Below are positions 60,941 to 64,000 of a stretch of 64,000 nucleotides of DNA, piece after piece; positions within the stretch are counted from its first letter, which is position 1, and each line of letters opens with the position of its first letter. The DNA is from Candidatus Cloacimonadales bacterium (GTDB lineage: Bacteria; Cloacimonadota; Cloacimonadia; Cloacimonadales; JAFGVF01): the NCBI GenBank assembly GCA_963667035.1, contig OY762964.1, positions 1,856,001-1,920,000 on the forward strand, given 5' to 3'. The notes under the pieces are model-generated. The model worked only from the letters and a program-made list of their open reading frames with translations, had not been told where the DNA came from and did no database searches. A program made the translations under genes and the position numbers.

Positions 60941-62290
60941 ATGGAAGAAAACAAAGTACGATTAAATCCACCTAAGATAGAAATACCTGCAGGAAATCCT
61001 TATATCAATGATGTATTTGGTAATAGGAAACAATTCGGAGATTCCTTAATCAACTTAATAAAACGCGTTGAAGACAATCTTGTAATATGTCTTGATGCCC
61101 AGTGGGGAGATGGGAAGACTACTTTCCTTAAAATGTGGGAACAAGGTTTGGAGGATAAAGGATACCATTATATCCACTACGATGCATTTAAGCATGATTA
61201 CACTGAAGATCCATTTTTTACAATCTGTGCAGAGATTTACAACTTACCAATTCTTGACACAAAGAATGAAAATTTCAAGAGAAAAGCAATCAATGTAGGA
61301 AAAAAGATTCTTACAACTAGTCTCAAAATTGCAGTGAAAGCAGGAACTATCGGCATTCTTGATGGGAAAGTTATTGATGAAATTGGTCAAGATGTTAGCC
61401 AAAGTGTTAGTGATATAGCAGGCTCAACCCTTGAAGAGTACTTCGAAGATTATAACAAAGAGCAAAAAGCTATTAATGACTTTAGAAGCAATCTTGAGTC
61501 GATTACTGATATGATTAGAAATGATTCAAGCATTGATTTTCCCCTAGTTGTCATAGTTGATGAACTAGATAGGTGTAGACCAGATTTTGCATTAAAAGTA
61601 TTAGAAAGAATAAAACATTATTTCGATATTTCTAACCTTGTCTTTGTTATTGCAACAAATACAAAGCAACTTGAGACAATTATCAAATCAAACTATGGAA
61701 ATGATATTGATGCTTCTAACTATCTTCAAAAATTCTTTACATTGAAGCTAGTTTTCCCAAAAAATCATAAAAGAACAATTTATGATGCTGATGACTACAC
61801 TAATTATGCTCAATATATGCGGGATTACCATCAGCTTAATTACCCAATCAACGAGTATCCTTTCAAACTTGTTGCAGGTTATTCAAGATATTATGGTTTC
61901 TCTTTAAGAAACATGGAAAACATTTTCAAAAAACTGCAATTATATAACCTTATGCATGTACATGGGTTTACAGATCCTGTAATAGTTGTTATGTTATCAA
62001 TTATTGAATTCGTAGATTACAAACTTTTGGAGGAATTGTCTAAAAATATTGTTTCATACAATGAAATAGTCAGTAAGCTTGATTTAGATAAAGGGAGAAT
62101 ATCCTTGATTGATGAACATACCCTTAAAGGTCTAGATGACCGATTGAAACTATATCTATTAAATGATTCTGAGTTAAATGATCCAGACTTCATTAGTGAA
62201 AAAATGAATCTTTTTGAAGTATATATGAATAGATTGGAAGTAATACCATTTATTTGTAAAGAATATATGACTATTAACAAACTAGTCTAA
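60941..62290 (+). CDS. KAP family P-loop NTPase
   Basis: DAQWGDGKT, YDAF..D...DP, VIVDELDRCRP..A..VLE.IKH and YLQKFF. Confidence 0.9.
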   Translation: MEENKVRLNPPKIEIPAGNPYINDVFGNRKQFGDSLINLIKRVEDNLVICLDAQWGDGKTTFLKMWEQGLEDKGYHYIHYDAFKHDYTEDPFFTICAEIYNLPILDTKNENFKRKAINVGKKILTTSLKIAVKAGTIGILDGKVIDEIGQDVSQSVSDIAGSTLEEYFEDYNKEQKAINDFRSNLESITDMIRNDSSIDFPLVVIVDELDRCRPDFALKVLERIKHYFDISNLVFVIATNTKQLETIIKSNYGNDIDASNYLQKFFTLKLVFPKNHKRTIYDADDYTNYAQYMRDYHQLNYPINEYPFKLVAGYSRYYGFSLRNMENIFKKLQLYNLMHVHGFTDPVIVVMLSIIEFVDYKLLEELSKNIVSYNEIVSKLDLDKGRISLIDEHTLKGLDDRLKLYLLNDSELNDPDFISEKMNLFEVYMNRLEVIPFICKEYMTINKLV

Positions 62291-62404
62291 GACACTAATG
62301 TAGCATAGTCCTTTGTGATCGATTTTTCACTTTGACAAATTTTGTGTTTATTGCAATAGGTATAACAAATATACAATAAAAGGCTAAACTAGATTGGAGG
62401 TAAA

Positions 62405-62588
62405 ATGAGTTTCTTTTGGTAGATATTAGTTTTCTTTACTATAGCTGTTATAGTAGAAATTGTTTCGATAATAAATACGAATAAAAGAAGGAATAATGTT
62501 GAAACAAAACTTAATAGTCTTCCAAATTTCTTAGTATCTCAGAAAATAATTGCAAATGATGTATTGAATGGATTAGCTATAGCAAGAA
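62405..62588 (+). pseudogene. Truncated small membrane protein gene
   Basis: GGAGG RBS; MSFFW*(TAG 62420)ILVFFTIAVIVEIV...; reading frame runs into the REP copy at 62589. Confidence 0.5.
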
Positions 62589-62702
62589 TAATCCCTATGG
62601 GATTAAATGTGAGTAGCCATGTATGAAATGCATGGTATAAATCAAAGATATAATCTATTCAACCCCAACGGGGTTTAATCCATTTAATGGTAGGGAAACA
62701 AT
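62589..62702 (+). repeat. REP unit; 114-bp direct repeat of 60715-60828
   Basis: Shared GGATTAAATGTGAGTAGCCATGTATGAAATGCATGGTATAAATCAAAG and TCTATTCAACCCCAACGGGGTTTAATCCATTTAAT. Confidence 0.9.
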
Positions 62703-63628
62703 TACCTACTCTTCACCATAATATAGACAAAGAATGGAGCTCCGAGGAATGATGTAATGATTCCAACCGGGAGTTCCATGACCGCAATGTGCATGGAAAG
62801 GAAATCGCAGAGAATCAGGAAAAGTGAACCTACTAATATACTTAGTGGATACACCTTCTTTTGGTCAGGACCGGCAAGCATCCTGACTATATGAGGGATT
62901 ATGAGCCCGATAAAGCCTATTATACCGGCAAAAGAAACTGTTATCCCTATCAGTAGTGACGTAATCACAAAAATCTGTAATCGAAGTCGTTTTACATTTA
63001 TACCAAGACTACCTGCTGACAAATCACCGGTACTGACAATATTCAACTTCAACGAAAGAAGATACAGATAAACAAGTAGTAATATGGAAACAATACCTAT
63101 AACAGTGAATGCCTGCCACTCGGCATTAGTAAAGACTCTTCCAAGATTACCCATAAGTACGTTAATTATGATTCCGATATCCTGTTGATTCAAATACATA
63201 AGCAATGATATACATGCAGAGAAGAACATACCTGCTATAATCCCTGATAATAAAAGCTTTGAGCTGTCTCTCCAACCACCTATATGAGCTATACTCCAGA
63301 CAATGATCATTGTCACTAAAGCTCCAGAGAATCCGGCAATCGGCATAAGCCAAATCATTCCAGATAGCCCTGCCAAAGTTGCAAAGAAAGCACTACCGGA
63401 TGATATACCCAGAATGTATGGTTCAGCTAGCGGATTATTGAGCATCATCTGATAGATTGAACCGCAGCCAGCAAGTACTGCTCCGACCAATAATCCAAGC
63501 AATAATCTAGGTAATCTGACTTGCATGATGATGAATTGGGAGTCCACTTTGAATGTCAGGAACAGATAGATAAGCACTGCACCCAGAACGGAAATAACAA
63601 GAGTAGAGATAAAGAGTTTATTCTTCAT
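62702..63628 (-). CDS. FecCD/BtuC family ABC transporter permease
   Basis: VRLPR, NPLAEPYILGISSG, GIIGFIGLIIPHIVR and LPVGIITSFLGAPFF. Confidence 0.92.
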   Translation of the reverse strand: MKNKLFISTLVISVLGAVLIYLFLTFKVDSQFIIMQVRLPRLLLGLLVGAVLAGCGSIYQMMLNNPLAEPYILGISSGSAFFATLAGLSGMIWLMPIAGFSGALVTMIIVWSIAHIGGWRDSSKLLLSGIIAGMFFSACISLLMYLNQQDIGIIINVLMGNLGRVFTNAEWQAFTVIGIVSILLLVYLYLLSLKLNIVSTGDLSAGSLGINVKRLRLQIFVITSLLIGITVSFAGIIGFIGLIIPHIVRMLAGPDQKKVYPLSILVGSLFLILCDFLSMHIAVMELPVGIITSFLGAPFFVYIMVKSR

Positions 63629-64000
63629 ATTGAGTAAAGATGCTGTTCAGAGCTTTCAAACCAAGCACAAATCTTGGACCTGCTCTAAAGATGTAATCGG
63701 GATTAATTGATTCTTCACCGTATACTTTTCCTGATTTAACAGCTTTAATGTTCTGCCATCCTTTTCTGGCACGGAAATCATCTAAAGTAGTCTTTGAAAA
63801 TGATAGTATTATATCGGGATTAGCAGTAATCACTTTCTCGGGTTTTACGCGTGAGTAATCTCTCTCCAGTTCGGAAAAGATATTGTTACCACCTGCAAGT
63901 TCAATGAGTTCTCCGACAAAAGAATTGTCCGTAACGCTCATCAAAGGATTGTTCCAGATTTCAAGGTATACATCGGGACGCTTTTCTCTATTACTCTTAT
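63618..64000 (-). CDS. BtuF/FecB-like periplasmic binding protein (5'-truncated by window edge)
   Basis: Frame open to the edge (..RPDVYLEIWNNPLMS..); ELAGGNNIF, NPDII, W..IKAVK.GKV and RAGPR. Confidence 0.85.
   Translation of the reverse strand, partial: KSNREKRPDVYLEIWNNPLMSVTDNSFVGELIELAGGNNIFSELERDYSRVKPEKVITANPDIILSFSKTTLDDFRARKGWQNIKAVKSGKVYGEESINPDYIFRAGPRFVLGLKALNSIFTQYEE

Noticed and set aside
62420..62422. In-frame TAG as pyrrolysine or stop-codon recoding
   Set aside because: TAG terminates intact genes elsewhere in the window, no pyl genes are seen, and the ORF is also truncated by a REP.

Overview
AT-rich chromosomal window from an anaerobic Gram-negative bacterium, probably Candidatus Cloacimonadota or a related FCB lineage. 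This is inferred from several secreted proteins ending in a 'YPNPFNP...IYNIRGQ' FlgD/T9SS-like C-terminal domain, a C25 gingipain-like protein and bS22. Housekeeping genes: sppA, Rne/Rng, rplU-rpmA, selA-selB, rph, HU, bS22, and a btuC/F-like transporter. A Rex-controlled operon encodes a trimeric [FeFe]-hydrogenase, an Fe-alcohol dehydrogenase, a PAS sensory hydrogenase and a SpoIIE-like phosphatase. Mobile and repeat DNA: an IS1182 with a 24-bp terminator duplication, an IS481, a GTAG-type REP family and two 11-bp-period arrays. A decaying region at 5.9-8.4 kb contains an orphan one-spacer CRISPR with its leader. The best candidate for an undescribed system is the coupled six-gene island at 18.8-31.8 kb. 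It encodes a 2660-aa surface protein with about six 205-aa repeats and a sorting CTD, a PorV-like barrel, a MotA/TolQ/ZorA-like channel with an extra periplasmic domain and long tail, an Asp-bearing MotB/ExbD-like partner and two exported proteins. A KAP NTPase bracketed by 114-bp REP direct repeats is also notable. All protein calls come from motif recognition by eye; no searches were run.
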